In this document: positions 49,993 through 62,000 of the stretch, in pieces
Layout of the letters: each line of letters begins with the position of its first letter
Numbering within the stretch: the stretch's first letter is position 1
Assembly: GCA_051313645.2 (NCBI GenBank)
Contig: JBNRSN020000027.1
Coordinates: 58,714,001-58,778,000, forward strand
Reading direction: 5' to 3'
From: Centroscyllium fabricii
Lineage: Eukaryota
DNA length: 64,000 bases
Translations under genes and position numbers: made by a program
The notes under the pieces: model-generated
What the model was told of the DNA's origin: nothing
Database searches by the model: none
What the model saw: the letters and a program-made list of their open reading frames with translations, nothing else

Positions 49993-50395
49993 GGGCGGCA
50001 CGGTGGCACAGTGGTTAGCACTGTTGTCTTACAGCACTGGAGACCCGGGTTCAAATCCAGCCTCGGGTACTATCTGTGTGGAGTTTGCACATTCTCCCCG
50101 TGTCTGCGTGGGTTTCCTCCGGGTGCTCCGGTTTCCTCCCACAGTCCAAAGATGTGCGGGTTAGGTTGATTGGCCAGGATAAATTGACCCTTAGTGTTAG
50201 GGGGGATTGAATATGTGGGGTTACGGGGATAGGGTGGGATATGTGTCAGTGCGGGCTCGATAGGGATCGAGGGATGTGGGGAGGGGGCAGGGACAGGTTA
50301 CTGGGTTTGGATGATCAGCCATGATCTCATTGAATGGTGGAGCAGGCTCGAAGGGCCGAATGGCCGACTCCTGCTCCTAGTTTCTATGTTTCTAT
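49993..50395 (+). mobile_element. HE1-like V-SINE between two CR1-tail fragments (49877-49990 minus, 50396-50573 plus)
   Basis: Head, V-domain and tail. Confidence 0.92.
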
Positions 50396-50574
50396 TAAAT
50401 ATATGTAAGAGGGAATTGGATATATTTCTTCGGGCTAAGGGGATTAGGGGTTACGGAGAAAGGGCGGGGACGGGGTACTGAACTTGAAAGATCAGCCATG
50501 ATCTCATTGAATGGCGGAGCAGGCTCGAAGGGCCGAATGGCCTACTCCTGCTCCTATGTTTCTATGTTTCTATA

Positions 50575-50795
50575 AACAAAAGCTGTAACTTAACCAAAAT
50601 ACATCAAATGAAACTTAACAAATTAAATTAAAATTTGGTTTACGGGGGTGATGATGCACTCCAGTGCCTGTGGCACCCACCGGTCGCAAAAGGCCTCGAG
50701 CGTGCCGGCGGACACCATGTGCTCCATCTCCAGGGCCATCCGGGCGCGAACGTGGCCGCGGAAGAGAGGCGGGCAGTCAGGCCGAATGACCCCCT
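50575..50795 (-). mobile_element. Tx1-clade (L1 group) LINE 3' fragment
   Basis: Minus frame GVIRPDCPPLFRGHVRARMALEMEHMVSAGTLEAFCDRW resembles recalled Tx1 ORF2 C-termini; T-rich UTR follows. Confidence 0.7.
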
Positions 50796-51184
50796 TTTAC
50801 TTTTGTGAGAGTGCTGGTTGCACAAGACCCATTAATCGGGACCCAGAACCACTGAGCACCATAAAAAAGCATCTTCAATTACACCACTAGCCATGTTAGG
50901 GGTAGAGTGAATTTGGCATCTAGCATTCAAAAATATTCATAATACACATTAAAATTTAAATTGGAAGATCATACTTCAGCTGATGCCACTTCATTAGGAT
51001 ATAGGTAGTGGGAGCTCTCTTAACATAAAATAAAAGATACACTTTAAAGCGAATTACAGTGGTAAAATCAAGGTATTTTGAAAATGTTACAAATAGTGAA
51101 AGTGAAACTTGCATAATTAGTAAATGACGTTAAGTAAAAACACAGAATTGTAGTGGTTACCAAAAGCTCATTCCGAACCAGATA

Positions 51185-51582
51185 CAGGTACACAATCCTT
51201 TATCCGAAAACCTTGGGACCCGACGGTTCTCGGATTTCAGATATTTTCGGAATGCTCGCATTAACATTAATATTTCAGCAGCGGACCTTGTGAATATTCA
51301 CAAAAAGTGGGATAAATAAAGACTATAGCCAGTTTATAAATACTCTGGTAAAGTTTATTTGTAAAAATATCGGAGATCAGCAGTCGGGTGCCGGGAGCAT
51401 CGGGGACTGCGTGGCTGGGTGCATCGGGGACTGTGTGGCCGGGCGCATTGGAGACTGCGTGGCCAGGCGCATCGAGGCCGTCGTGGCCTGTGCGCCGGAT
51501 CATATTTCGCGCGCAACTCGGGTCATTTGAAATGTCCGTTTTTGGAGGTTTTCAGAGTCGCGGATAAAGGATTGTGTACCTG
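51185..51582. mobile_element. Tigger-like MITE (CAGGTA family)
   Basis: TA|caggtacacaatcctttatccg ... cggataaaggattgtgtacctg|TA, a perfect 22-bp TIR. Confidence 0.92.
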
Positions 51583-51760
51583 TACTCTACAATATATACT
51601 CCTAAAAAGATCCCCATCTTCCCAAAAGGCTCTTTTCAATAAGTTTGTGTGGCACAGGACAAAAAGATACCACTGATATCAAATGACAGGTACAATTATA
51701 ATAGCGACCCATTTGACTCCATGCAGAAGAGGAAAAGTAAGTGACTTTTTTTTTTATGTA

Positions 51761-52760
51761 CAGGTTGAGCACCGGTAATCCGGCACCCGATGGTCCGGCA
51801 CCTTTCGAATCGAAACCGACTCCGCGTGTCAGCTGCCGCGGGTTGCATTGTTCAGTGCAACAGGGTTGCAAATAATTTATATCAGGGAAATAGATACTCC
51901 AGGTTCTGTTTTTCTCTCTCCAAATACGATTGCAAAATGTATCAATCTAATTTGCGAGCCGTGGCGGGTGCTTTAGAAATTGTCGAGTTGGAAGCGTGGA
52001 GGGAAACTAGTCCAACCCCCTCCAGTCATCGCCTCCGCATCCTTTGTCTTTACAAGTCACTTGCTATTTTTTTTATTTTTTTTTTTATTTTTTAAATACA
52101 GGTTGAGCACTAGTAAGCCGTTACCCAAAAAACCGGCAGCTTCGAACGTCCGTTAATAATTTCCCCTCTGAGCAAAGCCCCGCCCAGCCCTGCCTCTCGG
52201 AGCCCAGCACAGCGTCTCGGAGCCCAGCCCCGCCCAGCCTCTCTGAGCCCCGCCCAGCCTCTCCGAGCCCAGACCCGACCAGCCTCTCCGAGTCCAGACC
52301 CGACCAGCCTCTCCGAGCTCCGCCCAGCCTCACCTCTCCGAGCCCCGCCCAGCCTCTCCGAGCCCAGCCCCGCCTCGCCTCTCCAAGCCCAACCTCGCCG
52401 GGCCTCTCTGAGCCGATCCCGGGCCTCCTCGAACGACAAGCGCAGACCACTCAAAATGGCCGCCAGCCTTTCACGGCGGCCATTTTGAATGGTCTGTGCA
52501 TGCGCTGACCGACGCTTCAATCGTTCGGGATTTTCACTTTCCTGGCACGGGCCTGGTCCCGCCCGTGCCGGATTAACAGTGCTCAACCTGTATTGTCAGT
52601 GATTTGCCCGGAGGGACTGTCTAGGGGTGCAAGCTAGAGCTAGGTCAGGTTTGAATGTGGAGTTGATGCCCTTCATGTTTACACCTTCAGTGGTTTGGAA
52701 TTTTCAGTGGTCCGGCACCGACCTGGTCCCGAGGGTGCAGGATTACCGGTGCTCAACCTG
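51761..52760. mobile_element. Tigger-like MITE (CAGGTTG family) containing a nested family member
   Basis: TA|caggttgagcaccggtaatcc ... ggattaccggtgctcaacctg. Confidence 0.82.
52099..52590. mobile_element. Nested Tigger-like MITE with a cagcctctccgagccc minisatellite
   Basis: TA|caggttgagcact ... agtgctcaacctg|TA. Confidence 0.88.
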
Positions 52761-53046
52761 AATCAGAATTCGGTCAATGTATAGAATTAAAGACACACCA
52801 TGTTCAACAAATACCTATGCTGAGGGGGAAGGTGGGTGGAACTCAATGGTGTGCTTTTAATTCTGGTTACTGAGGAAAATTGCCAAAGTAGGTCATTTAC
52901 CCTACTTCAATTAGACAGTTGCTAAATTATGTTTTTTTTAAAAGCATCGCAAAACTTTGGGTTAGGATCGTTCCAAAGGCTCAGTGAGCAAATGTGACAT
53001 TATAGGAGCACTGACCCATACAGTTGACGATGCAGTCCCAGATTTA

Positions 53047-53811
53047 GGGGGTGATTTTGCCTGAAGTGCGGGAACCTGGCGGGGATTGGTCGGGGCGGGT
53101 TCCTGTCCCGCTCGGCCAAAGACCTGGGAACCCCACACAATTTTCATTTAATTGAGTTATTAAATCCCCGCCTGCGGCAGCCGGTGGTAATTGACTCAAT
53201 CGAGTAGGGGCTCCAGCTTGATTGACAGTTCCAGCACTGGTTGTTGACAGTTCCCATGGAAACACTCCACTGTGACATCACAGTCGAGTGGAACCAATGG
53301 GAAAGGTCAAGTGCTGGTGACTGACAGGTGGGCGGGCGGGCTCCGAATCCTTGACAGCTCGGCACCGGCTGTCAGGAAATGTGCAAAGCTGAGATTTCTC
53401 CGTTTTTGCCCACAGCTGGTGCACCCACCACGGAGTGACTTACTCCTCTAAGGTGCTGAAGGCGAGCAAAGCATTTTGCAGCATGTCCTTCAACACCTTG
53501 AAGGAGAAAGTAATGAACAGCGCTGTGCTCCCGCTGGGTTTCACCAGTGGGGTTTTAAGTTGGCGGGGTTAGGGTGGGAATGGGATGAAAATTCGGAAGG
53601 GCCCTTAAAATGGCATTACACATGCCAATTAAAGGCCTTTAACGAGGTGACAACCCATCCCCGCGGGAAGGTTTCGGGGCAGGGAGTCAGGGCGGGGGGA
53701 AATGTCAAAGCGGCGGGGATCCGGCGGGGGGGGGGGGGGGGTCGCGACCCGGCGGGTCCACGATTTTCCCGCCGAAAACCCCGCCTCATGGGGACATGAA
53801 AATCCCCCCCC
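53047..53811. mobile_element. PIF/Harbinger-like non-autonomous element
   Basis: TTA|gggggtgatttt ... aaaatcccccccc|TTA. Confidence 0.85.
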
Positions 53812-53902
53812 TTAGTCTCTGGGCTGTGCCGATTGGCAGTCGTGCTGCTAAATAAAACCAGCCAGGGTTTGATCCTGCTCCCTCTCCCCCTAGCCAGCAA
53901 CT

Positions 53903-54024
53903 GCCTGACGAAGGGGCAGATGCTCTGAAAGCTTGTGATTTAAAATAAAACTGTTGGACTATAATCTGGTGTTGTGTGACTTCTTGCATTTGTCCACCCC
54001 AGTCCAACACCGGCACCTCCACAT
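53903..54024 (+). mobile_element. Penelope-like terminal fragment beginning at the hammerhead core
   Basis: cctgacgaaggggcagatgctctgaaagcttgtg...cacctccacat, near-identical to 33666-33786. Confidence 0.85.
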
Positions 54025-55146
54025 CATGAGAAAAATGTAGTAAGCTGATTTTCTATAAACTCATGTTAATATAAAACTGATTAGATGTTTTTTAAGTTCA
54101 TGAAGTTAGATGCAGCTTCACCTTGCTCAGCTGCTTTTAATGCGAGGTAGTGTATGTAGAAGAAAGAAATTAATAGCATCATTATTAGTTTGCGCTTCCC
54201 CATAGCCCTATCAATTTCTGCCTTGCATTTTCTAATGGCGGACCAGCTCTGTGACTTGCATTCCGTTATTTAAGATTAGCTGAAAAGATCATGAAAAAGT
54301 GGTAATGGTTTGATTTTAAAGGTTCAAACCGTCACCTATAACTGAAGATGGCAAGGACAGGCAGTTATGGATGGGGGGGGGGGGGGGGGGAGACTGAAGA
54401 AAAACAGAATTTGAGATTACAGAAGAGGTGCTTGCAGCTGTCAGTAATCTGTTCAAACAAAATATTCAAACTGACATTTCTATGCACAATTTTGACCAAA
54501 TACCATTAATTTATGCCAGCATTTTAATCTAATTTAAAATACAACACTGTCAAGTTATTACCTCTTATCCCACAGTGCAACATAGACTAATTTTATAATA
54601 GTCTTTCAGGGGTTAAAGCCATCTCTTGTGGAAAGTGTTATTTAAAAAAGCCCAGGGGCTCATTTTTAATGAGCTGTAACTATTAAGTAATGCATAAAGG
54701 ATACTAAAATTTATGGTGCATACAGCTATTATATAATGGAAAAAATCATTAAAAACTATTTTCCTTAATGTTCATGATGATCTGATCAGTAACTATGGAA
54801 CTACTTTTGGAAATGTCAAAAAAAACTTTGCCCCATTTTGTCTGGAGAATTATCTTTCATTGCAAAGGACACCGCATAAATGCGCACCCTGCCTGCAGAA
54901 TTTTCAATCACAGTGGTCAGTGCATTTTCATCCACTGATAATGGGTTATTGCAACCTACCACCGTCAAACTCCCTTATTGGGTTTGCTGGCCCTCCTGGG
55001 GATACAGTTGAGCTCAATATATATATTCAGATACTTCGAGTTGCCAGCATTCACTGGCTGCTCTGCATCAGAACTTTTTCACAGCTTTGGGATCACCTTC
55101 CAATCTTGCTGAACTGTGAATAATTTTCGTCCTAGTAAATTCAATA

Positions 55147-55507
55147 CAGGTTGAGCACCGGTAATCCGGCACCTGATGGTCCGGCAACTTCAGTGGTCCG
55201 GCACGAATCGAAACCGGCGGCCTTCAGTTTGTGGAGCAGCCGCTCGGCGGCGCCATTTCCCGCGAAGGGTGGGCGAGCGCCGAAGGCGTCGGGCGTTTGG
55301 GTTGCTGTTTTTTTCAGTTCTTCTAAGTGTTCTATCCCCAGGCTCCCTCCCGGGGAGTGTTCTATCCATGCGCTCCGGGCCCCGGGGAGTGTTCTATCCA
55401 TGCGCTCCAGGCCCCGGAGAGTGTTCTACCGCGCGCTCCCCCAGAATTTTCAGTGGTCCGGAATTTTCAGTGGTCCTGAGTGTGCCAGATTACCGGTGCT
55501 CAATCTG
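55147..55507. mobile_element. Tigger-like MITE (CAGGTTG family), sister of 25671
   Basis: TA|caggttgagcaccggtaatc ... gattaccggtgctcaatctg|TA; internal ccggggagtgttctatcc repeats. Confidence 0.9.
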
Positions 55508-56024
55508 TATTTGCAAGGTTAATGGAATCACTGTTAAAATGGCAACTTTTCTATAATATATGCTAGTATTTTTTGTAGGAAAATATAACTGTTTTTGGTC
55601 TGTTTGCAGTAGATCTTATCTGTAAAAACTTTTACAAATAAAAAAAAACTTCAAAACAAAATGCATGGCAGGACATTTAGACACGAGTTAAAACCCACAA
55701 ATTCTAAAACACACAGATTCGGTGCTAATAATCTGAAGAACATTAGGCACCCACAAGGCACACCATGATGGTGCACTAACATGGCATCACAAAGTGGCAG
55801 AAAACAGAATCTTTCCCAAACAATTCCCGACAATGAATTACCAATATCAACTATGCATGCAAGAGGACAGCAGGCAGAACATTTTAAAAGAAAAATACAA
55901 GTACAATACGTTGATTCAAGTTGCACCACATTTATATACCTGCACCAGCTCCCAGCTGTTGATTACTGAACAATATTGGAAAAGCCTTCAGGTAATCATT
56001 TACCCTCCTCTTGACCTGGAAATA

Positions 56025-56998
56025 GTGTCCAAAATTTTCAAGTCCCCGTGAGGCGGGGTTTTCGGCAGGTTGTACGGCAAAACAGCGGAACCGTTGGGTC
56101 GCGACTCCCCCACCGGATCCCCGTCGCTTTTGCATTTTCCCCTGCCCTGAATCTTTACCGCCGGCGACTGGCGGGATGGTTGTTCAGCTCATTAAGAGCC
56201 CTTAATTGGCATCTGTAATGCTATTTTAAGGGCCCTAAGCAATTTTCACCCCCTTCCCACCCTAACCCCCCCAATACTTGGACCAGCACATGAAGGACCA
56301 TAACATACAGGGTTATGGGCCAGGTGCGGGCAACTGGGGTTAGAACAGTGAGGAGTTTTTCTGGGCCGGTGCGGACTGGATGGGCCGAATGGCCCTTATC
56401 CGCACTGTAAAATTTCTATGATTCTATGATTCTATGATTCTATGATCCTAAAACCCCGCTGGTGAAAACCCAGCGGGAGCACAGTGGTCTTCCGATCTTT
56501 CTCCTTCAAGGTGATGAAGGACCTAGAGCAAAATGCTTCCCAGGCCTTCAACACCCTGGAGGAGTAAGTCACCCCCTTGGGTGAAGACCAGCTGTGGGCA
56601 AAAACTTAGAAATCATACCTTCCCAGATTTAGTGACAGCCGGCACCTAGCTGTCAAGGATTCGGAGCCCGCCCGTTCACCTGTCACTCAACAGCACTTGG
56701 CCTTTCCCATTGGTTCCACTCCACTGTGATGTCACAGTGGAGTGTTTCCATGGGAACTGTAAACACACAGTTCCCGCAGCTGTCTGAAAACCTCCTGCAA
56801 TGCCGTTTGAGCCCCAGAATTGGCGACTGGACTGCTGCACTTACCAGAGGCACCCCGCATGCAGGGATTTAACTGAGTGATTAGGCGAAGATAGCGTCGG
56901 CTTCCCAGGCCCTTGGCCGGGGGGGGGGGGGGGGGGGGTCAGGAACCCGCCCCGACCAATCCCTGCCAGGTTCCTGCACCTCCAGGAAAATCGCCCCC
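56025..56998. mobile_element. PIF/Harbinger-like element with a CR1 tail inserted (~56275-56446)
   Basis: Collinear with 38879-39651; the insert ends in the canonical CR1 (ATTCTATG)n tail. Confidence 0.78.
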
Positions 56999-57607
56999 AG
57001 TGTGTGGTTTTTTGGGAAGCAGGAAGAAAGAAGAAGCTTTACTTTTTACATGCATACACTGGTCAGAAGGCATATTTAGAGCATTATTTCAGAACAAATA
57101 CACTACAGGGAAACACTGCACGAATGCCAATATACCTAGTATGTGCAACATGGTTGTTGTATAATACTCTTAAAATTCAGCAACTCATATTGCTCCTACC
57201 AATAGTGACAAACTTGTAACCACCAGTACTTCAACATTTACAATTGTACAGCTGGGTATATTTCACGGTTCATGTAAACATACAACAAATATTACAGATT
57301 CCACCATTACTCTGGACAGAAATCCTAATAACACAGCAACACAAACAGGTTCCATGTTTCTGGCCCACTCAAGATTACTGGTCCATGGAAACTTGAAAAG
57401 TCAAAGTCAATCCCTTTCCAGGAAAGGCCAATGATGAGACTGTAGTGGTTTAAAATGCCTTTACGGTAGAGTTGAATATTTATTACATATCAAGGCCCAC
57501 TGATTTATGGTTTAACTGGATAGAATGTAAAATATGATTCTCAACGCACCAGTAAACATTCTGAAATCCCATTTAATGAAAATATTATTCAGTCACCTTA
57601 AATTGAA

Positions 57608-58001
57608 GGCGGCACAGTGGTTAGCACTATTGCCTTACAGCACTAGAGACCCGGGTTCAAATCCAGCCTCGGGTACTATCTGTGTGGAGTTTGCACATTC
57701 TCCCCGTGTCTGCATGGGTTTCCTCCGGGTTGTCCGGTTTCCCCCCACAGTCCAAAGATGTGCGGGTTAGGTTGATTGGCCATGATAAATTGACCCTTAG
57801 TGTTAGGGGGATTGAATATGTGGGGTTACGGGGATAGGGTGGGATATGTGTCGGTGCAGGCTCGATAGGGATCGAGGGATGTGGGGATGGGGCAGGGGTG
57901 GGGTACTGGGTTTGGATGATCAGCCATGATCTCATTGAATGGCGGAGCAGGCTCGAAGGGCCGAATGGCCTACTCCTGCTCCTATCTTCTATGTTTCTAT
58001 G
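57608..58001 (+). mobile_element. HE1-like V-SINE
   Basis: Head, V-domain and tail. Confidence 0.92.
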
Positions 58002-58199
58002 AAGGCCCAATTATAATGATCTAAAATCACCTCGTCACTGAACCATCACTTTGTTGGTCATGTAAGAGTTAGCCCTTTACTTGAGATCAACATATCGATT
58101 GGGCTATTAGACCAACATGATTCATCAAATAATATGGCTTCAAGTCCCCAGTATTGATTGCTTTATCAAGGAAGAACAAATAATTTATCAAAACAAAAC

Positions 58200-58967
58200 A
58201 CATACACCACTCCCACTCCGCCCTCGGCCTCTTGCACTGTTCCAACAAAGCTTAACGTAAGCTCAAGGAACAGCACCTCATCTTTTGATTAGGCACTTGC
58301 TGAAAATCTGTTACATCTAACATTTTCCAGTTCTGACAAAAGGTCATCAACCTGAAACGTTAACTCTGTTTACATAGAAACATAGAAAATAGGAGCAGTA
58401 GGCCATTCGGCCCCTCGAGCCTGCTCTGCCATTCGATGAGATCATGGCTGATCATCCAAACTCAGTACCCCGTACCTGCCTTCTCCCCATATCCCTTGAT
58501 CCCTTTAGCTCTAAGAACTATATCTAACTCCTTCTTGAGTAGATTTAATGAATTGGCCTCAACTACATTCTGCGGTAGAGAATTCCACAGGTTCACCACT
58601 CTCTGGGTGAAGAAATTCTTCCTCATCTCTGTCCTAAATGGCTTACCCCTTATCCTTCGACTGTGACCCCTGGTTCTGGACTCACCCGCCATCGGTAACA
58701 TTCTTCCTGCATCTAGTCTGTCCAGTCCGGTCAGAATTTTTTAAGTTTCATTGAGATCCCCTCTCATTCTTCTAAACTCCAATGAGTATATGCCCAATCG
58801 ACCCAATCTCTCCTCATACATCATTCCTGCCATCCCAGGCATCAGCCTGGTGAATCTTCGCTGCACTCCTTCCATGGCAAGAACAGCCTTCCTCAGATAA
58901 GTTTCTCCCTCCACAGATGCTGCCTGGCCTGCTGACTATTTTCTCCAGCATTTTCTATTTTTATTTC
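58200..58967 (+). mobile_element. Decayed Penelope-like 3' end interrupted by CR1 (58373-58900, minus)
   Basis: GLLHCSNKA*RKLKEQHLIF*LG resembles a Penelope GIY-YIG C-terminus; degenerate hammerhead ctgacaa-aaggtcatcaacct-gaaacgtt at ~58333; sequence resumes at tttctccctccacagatgctgc. Confidence 0.7.
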
Positions 58968-59044
58968 AAAGGGAGCCACGGTGGCTTTGGGATGTCCTGA
59001 GGTCGTGAAAGGCGCTATATAAGTGCAAGTCTTTCTTTAAGTAC

Positions 59045-62000
59045 TTGGAGCATACAAAATTCTTACAGGGCTTGACAGGGAAGATGAAGGGAGGATGTTT
59101 CCCCTGGCTGGGGAGTCTAGAACCAGGGGTCACAAGACTCAGAATAAGGGGTCGGCCATTTAGGAGTGAGATGAGGAGAAATTTCTTCACTCAGAGGGTG
59201 GTGAATCTTTGGAATTCTCTACCCCAGAGGGCTGTGGAAGCTCAGTCGTTAAAGTATATTCAAGACAGAGATCGATAGATTTTTGAATATTAAGGGAATC
59301 AATAGATATGGGGACAGTTCAGGAAAGGGGAGTTGAGGTAGATGATCAGCCATGATCTTATTGCATGGCGGAGCAGGCTCGAGGGTCCGAGACTGTGACC
59401 CCTGGTTCTAGACTCCCCAGCCGGGGAAACATCCTCCCTGCATCTACCCTGTCAAGCCCTGTAAGAATTTTGCATATTTCAATGAGATCACCTCTCATTC
59501 TTTGAAACTCTAGAGAATATAGGCCTAGTCTACTCAATCTCTCCTCATAGGACAATCCCCCCATCCCAGGAATCAGTTTGGTGAACCTTTGTTGCACTCC
59601 CTCTGTGGCAAGTATATCCTTCCTTAGGTAAGGAGGCCAAAACTGTACACAATACTCCAGGTGTGGTCTCACCAGGGTCCTATATAATTGCAGTAAGATG
59701 TCTTTACTCTTACGCTCAAATCCTCTTGTAATAAAGGCCAACGTACCATTTGCTTTCCTAATTGTTTGCTGTACCTGCATGTTAACTTTCAGTGATTCGT
59801 GTACAAGGACACCCAGGTCCCTCTGAACACCAACATTTCCCAATCTCTCTCCATTTAAAAAATACTCTGCTTCTCTATTTTTCCTACCAAAGTGGATAAC
59901 TTCACATTTCTCCACATTATATTCCATTTGCTAGGTTCTTACCCACTCACTTAGCCTGTCTATATCCCCTTGAAGCCTCCTTGCATCGTCTGCACAACTT
60001 ACATTCCCACCCAGCTTTGTATCATCAGCAAACTTGAATATTTTACATTTCGTCCCCTCATCCAAATCATTGATATAGATTGTGAATAACTGATCCTTGT
60101 GGTAAGCCACGAAACCTGAAAATGATCCGTTTATTCCTACTCTGTTTTCTGTCCGTTAACCAATCATCAATCCATGCTAGTAGGTATATTACCCCCAATC
60201 CCATGAGCCCTAATTTTGTTTAATAACCTCTTGTGTGGCACCTTATCGAAGGCCTTCTGAAAATCCAAATACACCACATCCACTGGTTCCCCCTGAAAGA
60301 AACACAGAAGATAGGAGCAGGAGTAGGCCATTCGGCCCTTCGAGCCTGCTCTGCCATTCAATTAGATCATGGCTGATCTTTCAGATTCAGTAGCCTGTCC
60401 CTGCCTTCTCCCCATATCATAAGAACATAAGAAATAGGAGCAGGAGTAGGCCAATCGACCCCTCGAGCCTGCTCTGCCATTCAATAAGATCATGGCTGAT
60501 ATGATCCTAACAACCAACCTACTATCACAGAAGCATCTCCTGCATCTAACAGAATTCGACACACAAAATAGGAGCAGGATCAGGCTACGCGGACCCTGGG
60601 CCCACTCCACTACCCACAGTGCCATGACTGATCTGAACCTAGACTCATGTCCAAATTCCTGCCCGCTCCCCGTAACCCTTAATCCCTTTTACTACCAGGA
60701 AACTGTCTATTTCTGTTTTAAATTTATGTAATGATGTAGCTTCTGCAGCTTTTTGGGGCAGCATGTTCCATGGACCTAATACCCTCAGTGAAGTAGTTTC
60801 TCCTCATCTCAGTTTTGAAAGAGCAGCCCCTTATTCTAAGTTTATGTCCCCTAGTTCTAGTTTCACCCATCATTGGGAACATCTTCCCCGCATCCACCCG
60901 ATCCAACCCCTTCACAATCTTATATGTTTCAATAAGATCTCCCCTCATTCTTCTGAACTCCAATGAGTAGAGTCCCAATCTACTCAACCTCTCCTCATAT
61001 GTCCAACCCCTCATCCCTGGGATTAACCGAGTGAACCTTCTTTGTACTGACTCGAGAGCGAGTGTGTCCTTTCTTAAGTATGGACACCAAAACTGTATGC
61101 AGTATTCCAGGTGCGGTCTCACCAATACCTTGTACAACTGAAGCAATACCTCCCTATTTTTATATTCTATCCCCCTAGCAATGAAAGCCAACATTCCATT
61201 GGCCTTCTTAATCACTTGCTGCACCTGCATACTAACCTTTTGAGTTTCGTGCACCAGGACCCCCAGATCCCTTTGTACTACTGTACTTTCCAGTTTCTTG
61301 CCATTAAGATAATAATCCGCTCTACAATTTTTCCTGCCAAAGTGCACAACCTCACACTTTCCAGTATATATATATCCCTTGATCCCTTCAGCCGGAAGAA
61401 ATATATCCAACTCCTTCTTGAATATATTCAATGAACTGGCCTCCACCGCCCTCTATGGCAGTGAACTCCACAGGTTCACCACTCTCTGGCTGAAGAAATT
61501 CCCCCTCATCAGTCCTAAATGGTTTTCCCCTTATCCTTAGACTATGACCCCTGGTTCTGGATTCCCCCACCATCGGGAACATCCTTCCTGCATCCAGTCT
61601 GTCCAGGCCTGACAGAATTTTATAGGTTTCGATGAGATCCCCTCTCAATCGTCTGAACTCCAGTGAGTATAAGCCCAATCAACTCAATCTCTCCCCATAC
61701 GTCGTTCCTGCCTTCCCAGGTATCAGCCTGGTGTATCGTCGGCACTCCTTCAAATGGCAAGAACAGCCTTCCTCAGATGAGGCGACCAAAACTGCACACA
61801 ATACCCAAGGTGTGGTCTCACCAAGGTCCTGTAGAGCTGCAGCAAGACATCCTTGTTCTTCTATTCGAACCCTCTTGCTACGAAGGCCGACATACCATTT
61901 GCCTTCTTAACCGCCTGTTGCACCTGCATCCTTACCTTCAGTGACTGGTGCACAAGAACACCCAGGTCTCTTTGCACTTCCCCATCTCCCAATCTATTGC

